Shown: positions 25,679-38,962 of the stretch, piece after piece | Numbering within the stretch: the first letter of the stretch is position 1 | Layout: each line of letters begins with the position of its first letter | Assembly (NCBI RefSeq): GCF_001194135.2 | Contig: NC_068984.1 | Coordinates: forward strand, 132,251,248 to 132,315,247 | Direction: 5' to 3' | DNA length: 64,000 nucleotides | Source of the DNA: Octopus bimaculoides | Taxonomy: Eukaryota | Made by a program: the position numbers and the translations under genes | Notes under the pieces: generated by a model | The model's input: the letters and a program-made list of their open reading frames with translations, nothing else | Databases searched by the model: none | What the model was told of the DNA's origin: nothing

Positions 25679-28600
25679 TCCTGAAAAAATAAAAAAAAGG
25701 AACAAAATCAAATATATAATTAAAACTAACTACAGAATGTATTTTGTTATGTCAACATGATTAAGGATTTGTGTAACAAAATAAAGTCAATGGCAGGAGA
25801 TGCTGCATAAGTGGTGAAGAGTGGGTACATTAGTGATGTATAAGGAAATATGGACGAATGATATATGAATGAAATATGAGGGAATGTGAGACAGGAGTAG
25901 CAAAATATATGATGTTAATAGATAGATATTTAGTATAATACATCTTTTCACAAATCACAGTGTCTATAGACTCAGTGCTTCACTTCACATTAGTAGTGAT
26001 CTCAGCAGCAGCATACCCTTCTACCCAGGTACATCCAGGCCACCAATTTCTCCAAGTCCCCTTACTGTGTATCATCCCTCAAACTCCACACAAAACATTG
26101 CAAGTTCTTGCTTCCCAGAATTGCAATCCACTGAATATCAACAACATCATTTAGTATGTGTTATTGCCAGAGACACTGCCTTGCTTTATTGACAAGCTTA
26201 TGAGTAAAAATAAAAAAAAATTATCCTGGATAGAAAACCAGTCTCTCACAGGTTAAATTTCTCTCAAATTTTGATACATTCACTACAAGCTCAGTTCTTG
26301 TGGGGTGATGGATTGTGTGTCTCAATGAATCTGAGAGCTATGCAAATGGAGCACAGGCTCCTGACAGGGACTCCCACGATGGACAGGTTAAAGGACAGAG
26401 GCCAGACTAATATGGACCACCTGTTCCAAGAGGTAAAAATGTGTTTGCATAGGGCCAACACCCCAAACTGGAAAAAAATCTAAGTTACAGAAGCATCAAT
26501 GACAATTTAAAACTATGACCTGGGAGGGGAGGCTTAAAAAAAGGACAAGCCAGAGTTGAAAAGTCATTAATGGCTTACCTCCAGAGAGAGCAAAGGGCTT
26601 AAGTAAGTCTTGATACATATTTCTTATAACTAAATAATATTGAGAATCAAAGAGAAAAAGTGTTCTACTCAAGGACCCAATGAAGTAGCTGCAGTGGACT
26701 GAATCCATAACCTATAAGCTGGTACCTTATCCAATCAGCCATTTAACCTCTACCTGAATAATTAAGTGAATGTCTGAAATGAGTTATAATTAACACAATT
26801 ATAATTTTTCAATTAGAGATGTCTGGCATCTTGCTGTACTCAAGAAGACCCGTATTCCACAACAGAAGTGTTAAGACTGGTTAAGCAGTGCCACATAAAA
26901 GCACCCAGTAAACTCTGTAAAATGGTTGGCATTAGGAAGGGCATCCAGCCAAAGAAACCATACCAAAACAGACTGGAGTCTGGTGCAGCTCCCCAGCTTG
27001 CTAGCTTTGGTCAAACTATCCAACCCATACGTACCCTAAAATTAGTTCTAAGGGAGATTCAGTGTGACACAGAAGGTGGCATGGCTGGCCCTTTGAATTG
27101 CTGGTACAGCTCATTTGTGAAATAGAGTATCTTGCTCAAGGACACAACATGTCACCAGGAATCAAATTCATGACCTGACAATCGTGAACCTGATACCCAA
27201 ACCACAAAGCCACGTGCCTTCACATCTTCACATGAGAGCAATTATCTTTTAACATTAAATGTAAGAATAATTATATTTAACAGCTGGATGACCTTCCTGC
27301 CAGTAATCACTCAACTGTGAAGTAAGTAGGAAGTGGAACTTGTTTCTTTTGCTCAGTCAGGTTAACTGGACCAAGCAGAGTCATGTGCCTTGCTTGGAGT
27401 GTTGGTGGTGGTGGTGGTGGGACACAATAACATGGCTACAATAGAAAGTTTTAAATACACAGTCATTTGGTTAGTAGGTAACTCCACCATTTTACTCTCA
27501 CAGTGTACTTTTACTTCCATCAAAATTAGGTGGTGAACGAAATTAATTCTGAGCAACGAGGTAATGACACATAATTATACAAAATCTGAGTAGTTGAAAG
27601 TCTGTGAAAACAGAAGGGAGCAAAAAGTGATGGAGGAGGGGCTGAACTGAACTAAATAAGACCAGTTTGTGTATCAGGTTCCAAAGTGAGTAATGGGTGT
27701 CTTAACCCTTTTGATACAACGTAACTGTGACTGCCCTTGGATACAAACTTCTTGTTTTAACCTTTCAGCATTCAGATTATTTTGTCAAATGCTATGCTGG
27801 TCTGTGAAGGTGCATGGCTCAGTGGTTAGAGCATCAGAAAGAATGGATGTTAAAAAATGACGATGATGATGTGGTTTTAAATTTTGGCACAAGGTAGAGC
27901 AATTTTAAGGGGAGGTGGCTTGGTGATTTCACTGATGTTAGTGCTCAATTAGTACTTATTTTATTGACTCGAAAATGATGAAAAGCAAAGTTGACCTTGA
28001 CAGGAATTGAACTCAGAATGTAAAGAGTCAGATGAAATGCTGCTAAGCATTTTGTCTGATATACTAACAAATGAGTCAGGTTGCTGCCTCAACTAATAAT
28101 ACATATAACAATATCAGTAATTTTGAATGGAGAAAGCAATTAATTAAATTGACGCTAGTACTTGACTTCTTTATTTGGTGCATTAATTTATCAGCTTTGG
28201 AAAGATGATAGGCAAGTTGACCTCAGCAGAACTTGAACCTAGAACTTAAAGTGCAGGACCAAATACTGCATGGTATTTTGTCTGACATGCTAATGATTTT
28301 GCCAAATAATAATTTCTTGTACAGATGCCACTGCAACTGTTACCACCATCACCATCATTCTGGCTCTAAGCCAGAAATTTTGGAAGAAGACAAATGTTTG
28401 ATCATATCTTTCCCAGTACTTGAATGGTACTTTATTTTTATCAAACCCAGAAGGACAAAAAACAAAGTCAACCTTGGCAGGATTTGAACTAAAAATGTAA
28501 AGAGCTGAAACAAATAGTGCAAAGCACTTTACAGACACTCAAATGGTTCTGCAAATCAACCACCCTGATGTAAGAATTTCTAAAATAAGCACCAGGCCAG

Positions 28601-30060
28601 AAAAATTAAGGAGGGGACAGTCTGTTATTATACTGGTTAAAAATTTCGACACAAGGCCAGCAATTTCAGGAGAGGGACTAAGTTGATTACATCAACCTCA
28701 GGGCTCAACTGATACTTATTTCGTCAACCCCAAGAGGCAAAGTTGACCTCAGAAGGATTCGAACTCAGAACATAAAAACAGATGAAATGCCTCTAAGTAC
28801 ACAGCATATTAACAAGTCTGCCAGCTCACTGCCTTAGCCTGTTGTTTTAATAACCCTAATATTTCACTGGTACTTTATTTTGTCAAACCCAACGCAGTTG
28901 ACTTTGCTAGTATTTGAACTTGGGAAATAACTAAATACCTCAAGACACTCAGTTACGATCTGCCAATCAACCACCCTTTAATAATAATAATAATAAGAAG
29001 AAGAAGAAGAAGAAAACATTATAGGAATACTAAAGATGATAATGATGGTGGTGGTGATAATGATTATGATGATGATGATCTTGCAAGGAATGTGTGAAAC
29101 ATTAAGTTCCTCAATACAAATGGTTTGAGCAGGTTGGTGGTGCTTGCATGAAGAACACATTTCTTTTACTTTTTTTTTTTTTTTTGACTGTAGATTCAGA
29201 TTTGCAATGGCAGCAATTTACAGACTCTGTAACACTCCACCAGTTTCTTAACCGTCAGCATTCAACTACAGAAATGAATCTTTCTTTTCCTTTTACTGTT
29301 TTTATTTTTTGATTTTGATTTTGATTTTTTTTCTTTTCTCCCCCGTTTCTGTTTCTATTCAGTTAATATTACAGTCCAGGAAAATCTACTACTTGTTGTT
29401 GGCATAATGTCTTGATGAGTCATACCTCTATGATGTAACTCAGTATGAACTAGGAGCCATTATTTAATACNNNNNNNNNNNNNNNNNNNNNNNNNNNNNN
29501 NNNNNNNNNNNNNNNNNNNNNNNNNNNNNNNNNNNNNNNNNNNNNNNNNNNNNNNNNNNNNNNNNNNNNNNNNNATATATATATATATATATATATAACT
29601 CACATTATTCAACATTAACCACATTCCTCTCAAATTTCTTAGTTTAACATCTTTTCTACATATGTGGATAAAAATGCATTAATACCAAAAACCATTTTTT
29701 TACATAAGTTCCATTTTAGATTCTTTGTACCAAAATTCCGAGAGGTTTTGCTTTAAGAACTCTTTCTCTCAATACTTCCAGGAAAGCAAGAAAAAAAAAA
29801 CCATAATAAAAATCATAATACATTTCCTTTTTTAATTTAGCTAATTGCTTCAAAACTGTTGAAGTATTTTTACAGTTGTTTACTCTTGTTACAGCTAAAT
29901 CCAAGGATTAATAACAATTTTCAGCTCAACAGTCTAAATCAAAAAGAGTAATTCTCTGACTTGTCTAGAGACAACTCAGTGGCTGTAATACAGTTTAACC
30001 TCATAATCTTTTGATCCAGATTGCAACATTTACGCATCTAACAAAATATCATAACTTGAA

Positions 30061-30435
30061 GCACTGATACTGGTGCCACATAAACAGCATATGTAAAAAG
30101 TAATGGTGATGGCACCACGTAAAAAGCACTGGTGATGGCGCAATGTAAAAAGCACTTGTGATAGCGCCACATAAGATGCACTGGTGATGGCGCCACATAA
30201 AAGGGAAATGGTGATGGCACCACGTAAAAAGCACTGGTGATGGTGCCACGTAAAATGCACTGGTGATGGCACCATGTAAAAAGCACTGGTGATGGTGCCA
30301 CATAAATAGCACTGGTGATGGTGCCACATAAATAGCACTGGTGATGGTGCCACGTAAAAAGCACTGGTGATGGCACCACATAAATAGCACTGGTGATGGT
30401 GCCACATAAAAAGCACTGGTGATGGCACCACATAA
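30061..30435. repeat. 26-bp minisatellite, about 14 units (gcactggtgatggtgccacataaaaa)
   Basis: Units counted directly. Confidence 0.95.
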
Positions 30436-31157
30436 GCATGCTCTCCAACCATGTTGTCTTGGCTTCAGTCCCACTGTATGGTACCTTAGTCAGGTATCTT
30501 CTACTATAGCCCATGGCCAGCCAAAGCCTTGTGAGCAAATTTGGGGGATGGAAACTGAAAGGTCTTTGTATAAGTATGTATGTATGTATGTGTGTGTTTG
30601 CATGCGTGCATGCATGTATATATGTTTACCATTCTCTAGATGGTTGTAAATGATCATCATTGTCATTCAAGCAAGATTGTTTGTTTTCACTCATCCATGA
30701 AGAACATATCTGACCATGGGGAAAATGTTACCTTGCTTGGAAACAGGTGAGGATTGGTAACAGGAAGAGCATCCAGCTGTAGAAAATCTGCCTCAACAAA
30801 TTCTACCTGACCCAGGCAAGCATAGAAAAGTGGTTGCTAAATTATGATGATGATGATGAGAGGAGGATGTACAGTGCTGTACAGTTTAAACATTAACTAT
30901 TCAACAAGTGCAGCTATGTTTGCTGTGCACCTCTTCCACAACACCATTCCATATGCCAAATAATTAACCTAATATTAACCAAAACAAAATGAAATTTTTC
31001 CCTACATATGTAGCAAGTAAATATTTTGGCAACAATTATAGCAGCTAGTATCTGAAATGAATTATGTTGCTATATTATTATGTTTAAAAACATATTTCTG
31101 CTGCATTTCATTTTTTTTAGAAATACATTTTGATTTTCATACAACCAGTACCTCACT

Positions 31158-32518
31158 CTCATCATCATCATCATTGTCGTTTAACGTCCGCTATCCAAGC
31201 TGGCATGGGTTGGATGGTTCGACTGAGGACTGGCAAGCTAGAAGGCTGCACCAGGCTCCAATCTGATCTGGCAAAGTTTCTACAATTGGATGCCCTTCCA
31301 AACACCAACCACTCCGAGAGCATAGTGGGTGTTTTTATGTGCCACTGGCACAAGGGCCAGTCAGGTGGTACTGGCAACAACCACACTCAAAAGGTGTTTT
31401 TTATGTGCCACCTGCACGGGAGCCAGTCCAGCAGCACTGGCAACGACCACAATCGAATGGTGCTTTTTACGTGCCACCAGCAGGGGAACCAGTCAGCGAC
31501 CCTGACAACAAACTCGCTCAGATGGTGCTTTTAACTGGCATGAGTGCCAATCAGGTGGTACTGTCATCAGCCACGTCAGTGATTTTGGTTTCACTTGCCT
31601 CAACAGGTCTTCACAAGCAAAGTTTATTGTCCAATGAATGAAGGGTACTCATAAGTGGGCTGGTTATACACCACTGGCATAGGCCACAGGTCATGGTCTN
31701 NNNNNNNNNTGTCCAATGAATGAAGGGTACTCATAAGTGGGCTGGTTATACACCACTGGCATAGGCCACAGGTCATGGTCTCACTTGGCTTGTCGGGTCT
31801 TCTCAAGCAGAGCATATCTCCAAAGGTTTCAATCACTAGTCATTGCCTCGGTGAGGCCCAATGTTCACCACCTCATCCCAGGTCTTCCTGAGTCTACCTC
31901 TTCCACAGGTTCCCTTAACTGCTAGGGTGTGACACTTTTTCACACAGCTGTCCTCATCCATTCGCAACACGTGACTATACCAGCACAGCCGTCTCTCTTG
32001 CACACCACATCTGATGCTTCTTAAGTCCAACTTTTCTCTCAGTGCGCTTACACTCTGTCATGTATGCACACTGACATTACACATTCAGCAGAGCATACTG
32101 GTTTCATTCCTTGCAAGCTTACGCATGTCCTCAGCAGTCACGGCTCATGTTTCACTGCCATGTAACATGGCTGTTTGTACACAAGCATCATACTGTCTCC
32201 CTTTTACTCTGAGCAAGAGGCCTTTTGTCACCAGCAGAGGTAGGAGCTCTCTGAACTTTGCCCAGGCTATTCTTTTTCTAGCAGCTACACTTTCAGAGCA
32301 CCCACCTCCCACTACTAACTTGGTCACCTAGGTAATGGAAACAATCAACTACTTCTAGTTTTTCTCCTTGGAACGTGACAGAAGCTGTTCTCTGCACATT
32401 TTCAGTGTTTGTTGCTCCTGAGCATCTGCCACATACAAAAATCTATCTTCCCAGTTAGCCTTCCTTTGATATTGCTGTACCTCTTATGTGTCCATAGCTT
32501 ACACTTATGGAGTTTCTG
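31158..32518 (-). mobile_element. 5'-truncated RTE-clade LINE (RT C-terminus + 3'UTR + tail)
   Basis: Broken ORFs SESVAARKRIAWAKFRELLPLL...AMLHGSET and RRLCWYSHVLRMDEDSCVKK...GRGRLRKTW, continuing into the family A tail. Confidence 0.85.
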
Positions 32519-33474
32519 AATATTAAAATAGCTGGCTACAAAATACCAACATTTTATAAAACAAAAATATTATTTAGCTTTATTAGTTTATCTAAATAGA
32601 AACTTAACCCTTTTGAATTCCGATTACTTAGTCAAATATAATACTTACCTATTCACATTGTTTTGAATTAATCATGTATTATCTTGATGTGATTGTATAA
32701 TTTTAGAATGAAATTTGAGGGTAGGTGTAAGAGGTTAGATCTGGCACATAGTTTATTGGTGGCTGAATATGCTTGTAGGGTAATAATGGTAGAAGTACAC
32801 TCTAAGAATATTAAATAATGTTGGTTTTTTTTAGGGTTAGACAGGAAGGCCTTTATCCCAAAGGGGAAGATGAGAATGAGATATGTAATGTTTATATCTT
32901 TCCAGGGGTGTATGATTGAAATAAACTTGTTCATCAACTGGAAATTGAAACCAGATAATCATCTTGACTTGTCAGGTGAATAGGTTTCCAACCATGCAGC
33001 TCATTAAGAATATCAAATAGCTTCATATCTGAAACAGAGGTCAATTTGATGACCTTTCTATTCTTTAATTTAGAAATTTAACCACCCCACCAGGTAGCTT
33101 TATTAACGTAAGTGATAAGTATCATTTTTGAACAACAATACAAGGAAGATATCATATATACATACATACATAAATGAAGACAAGTGACCTAGTAGTTAGA
33201 TTGCTAGATTGTGGGTTCAATTCCCATACCAGGTGGCATGTTGTGCTCTTAAGCAAAACACTTCATTTCATGTTGCTCCAGTCCACTCAGCCGTAAATGA
33301 TTAACCCTGCAATAGAAAAGTCTTCTATTCAGGGGAAATGTTGGCCTGCATACCTAGCCAGTGGGGTGGCACCATTCAAAGTGTAAGACAATGCAAAGTG
33401 CATTGTGATCAGTGATGTATAACAACATCTGGTCAATACCATGATACTGTGACACACACACACACACACACATC

Positions 33475-33674
33475 TTTTACTCTTTTACTTGTTTCAGTCA
33501 TTTGACTGGAGTCATGCTGGAGCACCACCTTTAGTTGAACAAAATGAACCCAGGATTTATTCTTTGTAAGCCTAGTACTTATTCTATCGGTGTCTTTTGC
33601 CGAACTGCTAAGTTACAGGGACGTAAACACACCGACATCAGTTGTCAAGCGATGGTGGGAGGGGAGAAACACAG

Positions 33675-33721
<47 letters not shown>

Positions 33722-33890
33722 TATATATACGACAGGCTTCTTTCAGTTTCTGTTTACCAAATCCACTACAAGGCTTTGATCAGCCCAAGGCTATAATAGA
33801 AGACACTTGCCTAAGGTGCAACACAATGGGATTGAACCGGAACCACGTGGTTATTAAGCAAGCTACTTACCACACAGCCACTCCTGCGCC
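33475..33890 (-). mobile_element. Full-length SINE family B
   Basis: Reverse complement of 34657-35078. Confidence 0.85.
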
Positions 33891-34131
33891 TATATATATG
33901 TGTGTGTGTGTGTAACGATGCGTACTGCCTTAATTCTTCGAAACGCCGGAGTTTTAATGGTGGCAGCTGATGAAGGGGATGTTTCTATATGGCCTGCTTG
34001 TTTGTTGCACCTTGTTTACCATTTTTGTCCTTGTTCTTTTGCCACGTCATGTACCCAGTTATGTATCTATATGTACATGTGGATGAACGTATATACATAC
34101 ATGTACATATATATGCATATACTCATATATT

Positions 34132-34182
<51 letters not shown>

Positions 34183-34656
34183 TCCATCTCCTTTCTGGAG
34201 AGAACATCAGTTTACTGCAGGTAACATTCCCAGAAGGCATGGGATAAACATAATGCCTCTGACTATAATGCTATTCTATTTTAGATAACATTTCCAGTAG
34301 ACACGACATAAACAAGTGAGAGATGAATTCCTCCAACAACAGAACACTCATTTATTACCAAAAACATTCCCAGGAACAATTGCATACATTTTCACCACAA
34401 AAGCTAATTCCACTTTGGTACATCCGAAGTCAATTATCTTGACCTCAGATGCAACAAAATAATTGCAATAGAACCAGTTCTATACCTTACCCACCCATCC
34501 TTGCCACTTCCACTGAGAGAGAGAGAAAAAGTGTAAGTGGGGTTTGTGTATATCGTATTGCTGTTATTGTTTAGCCTCAGGTCAGTCCTGATCTAGGAGA
34601 CTCATGATGAAAGGCATTCCAGTCAGGACCATCTCATAAATTCTTTAAATCTCTTA

Positions 34657-35078
34657 GGCGCAGGAGTGGCTGTGTGGTAAGTAGCTTGCTTATCAACCAC
34701 ATGGTTGCGGGTTCATTCCCACTGCATGGCACCTTGGGCAAGTGTCTACTATAGCCTCGGGCTGACCAAAGCCTTGTGAGTGGATTTGGTAGACGGAAAC
34801 TGAAAGAAGCCCACCGTATATATGTATATATATATATATATACATGTGTGTGTGTGTGTGTATATGTTTGTGTATCTGTGTTTGTCTCCCAACATCGCTT
34901 GACAACCAATGCTGGTGTGTTTACGTCCCCATAACTTAGCAGTTCGGCAAAAGAGATCGATAGAATAAGTACTAGGCTTCCAAAGAATAAGTCCTGGGGT
35001 CGATTTGCTCGACTAAAAGGCGGTGCTCCAGCATGGCCGCAGTCAAATGACTGAAACAAGTAAAAGAATAAAAGAGAG
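34657..35078 (+). mobile_element. Full-length tRNA-derived SINE (family B)
   Basis: A-box tggctgtgtgg, B-box ggttcattccc, central (TA/TG)n, 3' gtaaaagaataaaagag; many copies in window. Confidence 0.85.
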
Positions 35079-36030
35079 TATTCAGTTAATTCTGTCAAAA
35101 GCAATGCTTATTTATTCACATTGTTTTGATGGATTATCATAGATTATTTCGTAACTCTGAGATTTTGATGATGTGATTGCTTATTTTTAGAAAGATGCTG
35201 TAGGACAGGTGTAAAAGGTCTGATCTGGCTAGTCTGAACAGAAAACAGGTAGACTGTTTGGGCCGAATATGGCAGATTTAAATGCTGAAGGGCTGATGAG
35301 CGAGGCACCTAGTGGCACATTACGTGACATGTCATTTATTAATGATATGGTAAAATATGACTCGAGGGAAATTTGGCTGCCATTTCTAAAAGGTCGTGTG
35401 ACCATATAGCAATTAGCTCATGCATCCCCGGTGAGGTGGAACAAGTATATGCAAAAGTTTTGCGAGAAAAAGAAAACAGGCAAAAAATAATAATAACAAT
35501 AAACCTTTAAAAACAACATCGTCATCGGCAACAACAACAACACCCAATTCCACAGAGATATAAGAACGAAGATGTCATTAATCTGTTTACATAATTGGAG
35601 ACCATTAACATTCCATTGCTGCATCTGGTGATACTTAGCTATCTCACAAGTGTCCTCATTATATTGCAGACAGCTGAGTGTTGCAGAGGGCGACAAAACA
35701 CACACATACACATGCACATACCACACACTTTCTCACACACACACACACATGCACATGCATACATACACACACACACACATGCATATATGTAAACACACCA
35801 ATCAACAAATTAGATAATTTTGACATCTTTCTGATTAGATCATATTTCCTGTCCCACTCCAGTTATTAATATTTCATACAGATGTTTCGTTTCATTATAT
35901 ATACAAATACACACAAACACACACACATATGAACATAAACTATAAACATGCATGCGCATGTATGTTTAGATGTACATGTGCACATGCATATATATATCTT
36001 GTAAGCATGTACAGCATATACATGTGTGTG

Positions 36031-36064
<34 letters not shown>

Positions 36065-36265
36065 TGCATATATACACACTCACATGCATACATACACACA
36101 CACACACAAATAGGCAAATATATTTGTAGCCAAAATGATTTACATTGGTATAAAGCCAAAACAGAATTATAATTTAATTTATGCAAATATACAGCTGGTA
36201 CATATCTTTGATTGAGACTGATCTGTGACTTAATGGCAACAACAACAACAACATTATAGTAAGAC

Positions 36266-36299
<34 letters not shown>

Positions 36300-37006
36300 C
36301 GATACATCAGCAAATCGCATGATCACGTGATCAACCAGACTATCGGATGTTGTTATACATTGCTGGTCACAGTGAACTTTGCATCATTTTAGCTTTCAGG
36401 TGATGCCAGCCCACTGGCTGGGGCAAGAAGCCCAACATTCCTCCTGATCTGAAAGCTTTCTGTCACTGGGTTACCACAAATGGTTACTCATTTACAGCTG
36501 AGTGGACTGGAGAGTTGTGAAATGAAGTGTTTTGCTCAAGAACATAATGTGCCACTCCGTCTGGGAACTGAACCCACAACCTAGCAATCGTGAGTGCAAC
36601 AGCCTAACCGCTGAGCCATGCGCCTTCAAACATTAGCATATGATATTATTAAAAGATATTTATATAATACTCATGCAAGAACTCTGCATGAACTTCTTTC
36701 ATGCAGAGTTTCAACCCATGAACACAAATATGGCACCACAAATGGCAGCTAAATATGTTTTGCAAAACATCAATGAAAACAAAAAAGCAACTACATAAAC
36801 AGATATGAAGATAAACATTGAAGTTAATAGTTCTAAACAGCAATTGAACCATGCAATACTTGCAAAACAGTTAAGTGTGATAACCAGTGTAAAAGACAGA
36901 TACTTTTTTCCTTTCTTTCGAATCGACTCTGTAGGTATAGCTATGTGATTAAGAAGCTTACTTTGCTTGTATAATTGATCCTGTTGTTATTGTTGTTGTT
37001 GGCACT

Positions 37007-37378
37007 CCGTCGCTTACGACGTCGAGGGTTCCAGTTGATCCGATCAACGGAACAGCCTGCTCGTGAAATTAACGTGCAAGTGGCCGAGCACTCCACAGAC
37101 ACGTGTACCCTTAACGTAGGTCTCGGGGGTATTCAGCGTGACACAGTATGACAAGGCTGACCCTTTGAATTAAAGGCACAACAGAAATAGGAAGTAAGAG
37201 TGAGAGAAAGTTGTGGTGGAAGAGTACAGCAGGGTTCGCCACCATCCCCTGCCGGAGCTTCGTGGAGCTTTAGGTGTTTTCGCTCAATAAACATTCACAA
37301 CGCCCGGTCTAGGGATTGAAACCGCGATCCTATGACCGCAAGTTCGCTGCCCTAACCACTGGGCCATTGTGCCTCCAC
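37007..37378 (-). mobile_element. tRNA-derived SINE (family D)
   Basis: Head ggaggcacaatggcccagtggttagggcagc...gtttcaatccc, (AAC)n tail; copies at 39950-40244 and 63597-63889. Confidence 0.85.
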
Positions 37379-37743
37379 CCTGTTGTTATAATAATTTATA
37401 ATAATGAATTAATGAATTGTATTGAACAAGGTTTTTGAGGGGTTATCAGTCGGTGGGCGCCGGTGCACCTCCCATTTCTATTTCATCCTTTTTGTTATCA
37501 CCTTCATCTCATTAATGTCTGTGTCCAGCCCACAGCTTCTTTATGTCTGTCTGTCCTTGTTTGTCCCCTCTTTGTAAAGCCTTAATGGCCAATATATATG
37601 AAATTAAGAAGCTTACTTTGCAACCACAGTGTTTCTGGTTCAGTCCCACAGTGCAGCACCTTGGATAAATATCTTCTACTACAGCCTTGCACTAATGCTT
37701 TGTGAGTAAATTTGGTAGAGAGAATCTGTGTGGAAGCCCACCC

Positions 37744-37960
37744 TATTGTATCCTGCCACAGCTCCCTGTCCAAAACCATTGTTTAGGGCTCAGTTGTGGG
37801 AAGGTGAAAGAGAAGGAGACAGAAAATCCTGGTCTGATAACATCAAGGATTTAACAAGTTACAACACCGCGACCTTGCTACACATGACAACAGAAAGCAG
37901 TGGTACCAAGTGACTGGCTGCACCAGTCAAGGGAACTCGATGATGATGATGATGATGAAG
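37744..37960 (+). mobile_element. Decayed RTE-like LINE 3' end
   Basis: HSSLSKTI / KSWSDNIKD motifs and (GAT)n tail. Confidence 0.6.
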
Positions 37961-38210
37961 AGAGAGAAATAGAAAAGCAGAAGGGGAAAAAATGAAAGGA
38001 AATAGAGAAGATAGAAAGAAAAGTGGATGGAAAAAAGAATAAGAGAAGCAGGAGGGAAGGCTGAATGAATTAAAAAGAAATTGAAACAGAAAAAGAAAGA
38101 GGTGAGAAGAAAGAAAGAGAAGATAATGAGATAAATGAAGAGGGAGAGAGAGAGAGAAAAAGAAATAGGGAGAGAAAGAAAGGATGAGACAGAAAGAAAA
38201 ACGAAAGAGA
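37920..38210. repeat. Purine-rich low-complexity tract
   Basis: Almost only A/G on the plus strand. Confidence 0.8.
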
Positions 38211-38727
38211 ACACAGTGATTTCTGCATTTGGTTTGAAGCATTATTCGATTTCCAAAGAGACAAAGATGATGTACTCTAAATGGCTGGAAGAATCAGGAA
38301 AATAGCTGAAGAAAAACATTAGAAGTAGGAATAATTGGCTTCTTAGAAAAGTCAAGAGGATTACATTGGGGAACTAAAGCATTCTTCAGATCAGTTCTGC
38401 AGAAACAGAAGTAGCAAGTAAAAGGATCAAAGAAATCATAGCATTTAGGAGCAGGCTGGGAGTTGAGAGGTGGAAAGGTCAAATGACAGCAGTACTTTCA
38501 GTGAAATATCAGAGGTTCAGGGATGTGATGGTGGCATAGATAACTCAGTGTGTAATGAATTGGTGTGGAGAAACAGGTATAGCTGGGCTGTGTGGTTAAA
38601 GTAGCTTACTTCCAAAACACATGGTTTCAGGTTCAGTCCCACTGTGTGACAACTTGGTCACATGTCTCTTACTATAGGCCCAGTCCGACAAAAATGAATT
38701 TGGTACACAGAAACTGTAAAAAAGTTT

Positions 38728-38962
38728 GAAGGCGGCGAGCTGGCAGAAACGTTAGCACTCCGGGCGAAATGCTTAGCGGTATTTCGTCTGCCGTTACGTT
38801 CCGAGTTCAAATTCCGCTGAGGTCGACTTTGCCTTTCATCCTTTCGGGGTCGATAAATTAAGTACCAGTTACACACTGGGGTCGATGTAATCGACTTAAT
38901 CCCTTTGTCTGTCCTTGTTTGTCCCCTCTATGTTTAGCCCCTTGTGGGCAATAAAGAAATAA
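38728..38962 (+). mobile_element. Full-length tRNA-derived SINE (family C)
   Basis: ggcggcgagctggcagaaacg...gagttcaaattcc...ggggtcgatgtaatcgac...aaagaaataag; other copies at 19440-20142, 21112-21629 and 27880-28840. Confidence 0.85.

Noticed and set aside
29194-29290. Plus-strand acceptor after a poly-T run with an open frame
   Set aside because: No donor, and no other plus-strand exons nearby
30030-30538. Three overlapping 140-166 aa minus-strand ORFs
   Set aside because: Artefact of a stop-free 26-bp tandem repeat
31330-31620. CRISPR-like repeat/spacer appearance (also 1440-1660, 3350-3570)
   Set aside because: The 'spacers' are homologous to each other, the array lies in a LINE 3'UTR of a eukaryote, and there are no cas genes
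31628-31781. 72-bp perfect tandem duplication
   Set aside because: The copies flank a 10-N gap, typical of unmerged contig overlap
37300-37378. tRNA genes (A/B boxes here and in other SINE heads)
   Set aside because: No cloverleaf; each continues into a SINE body
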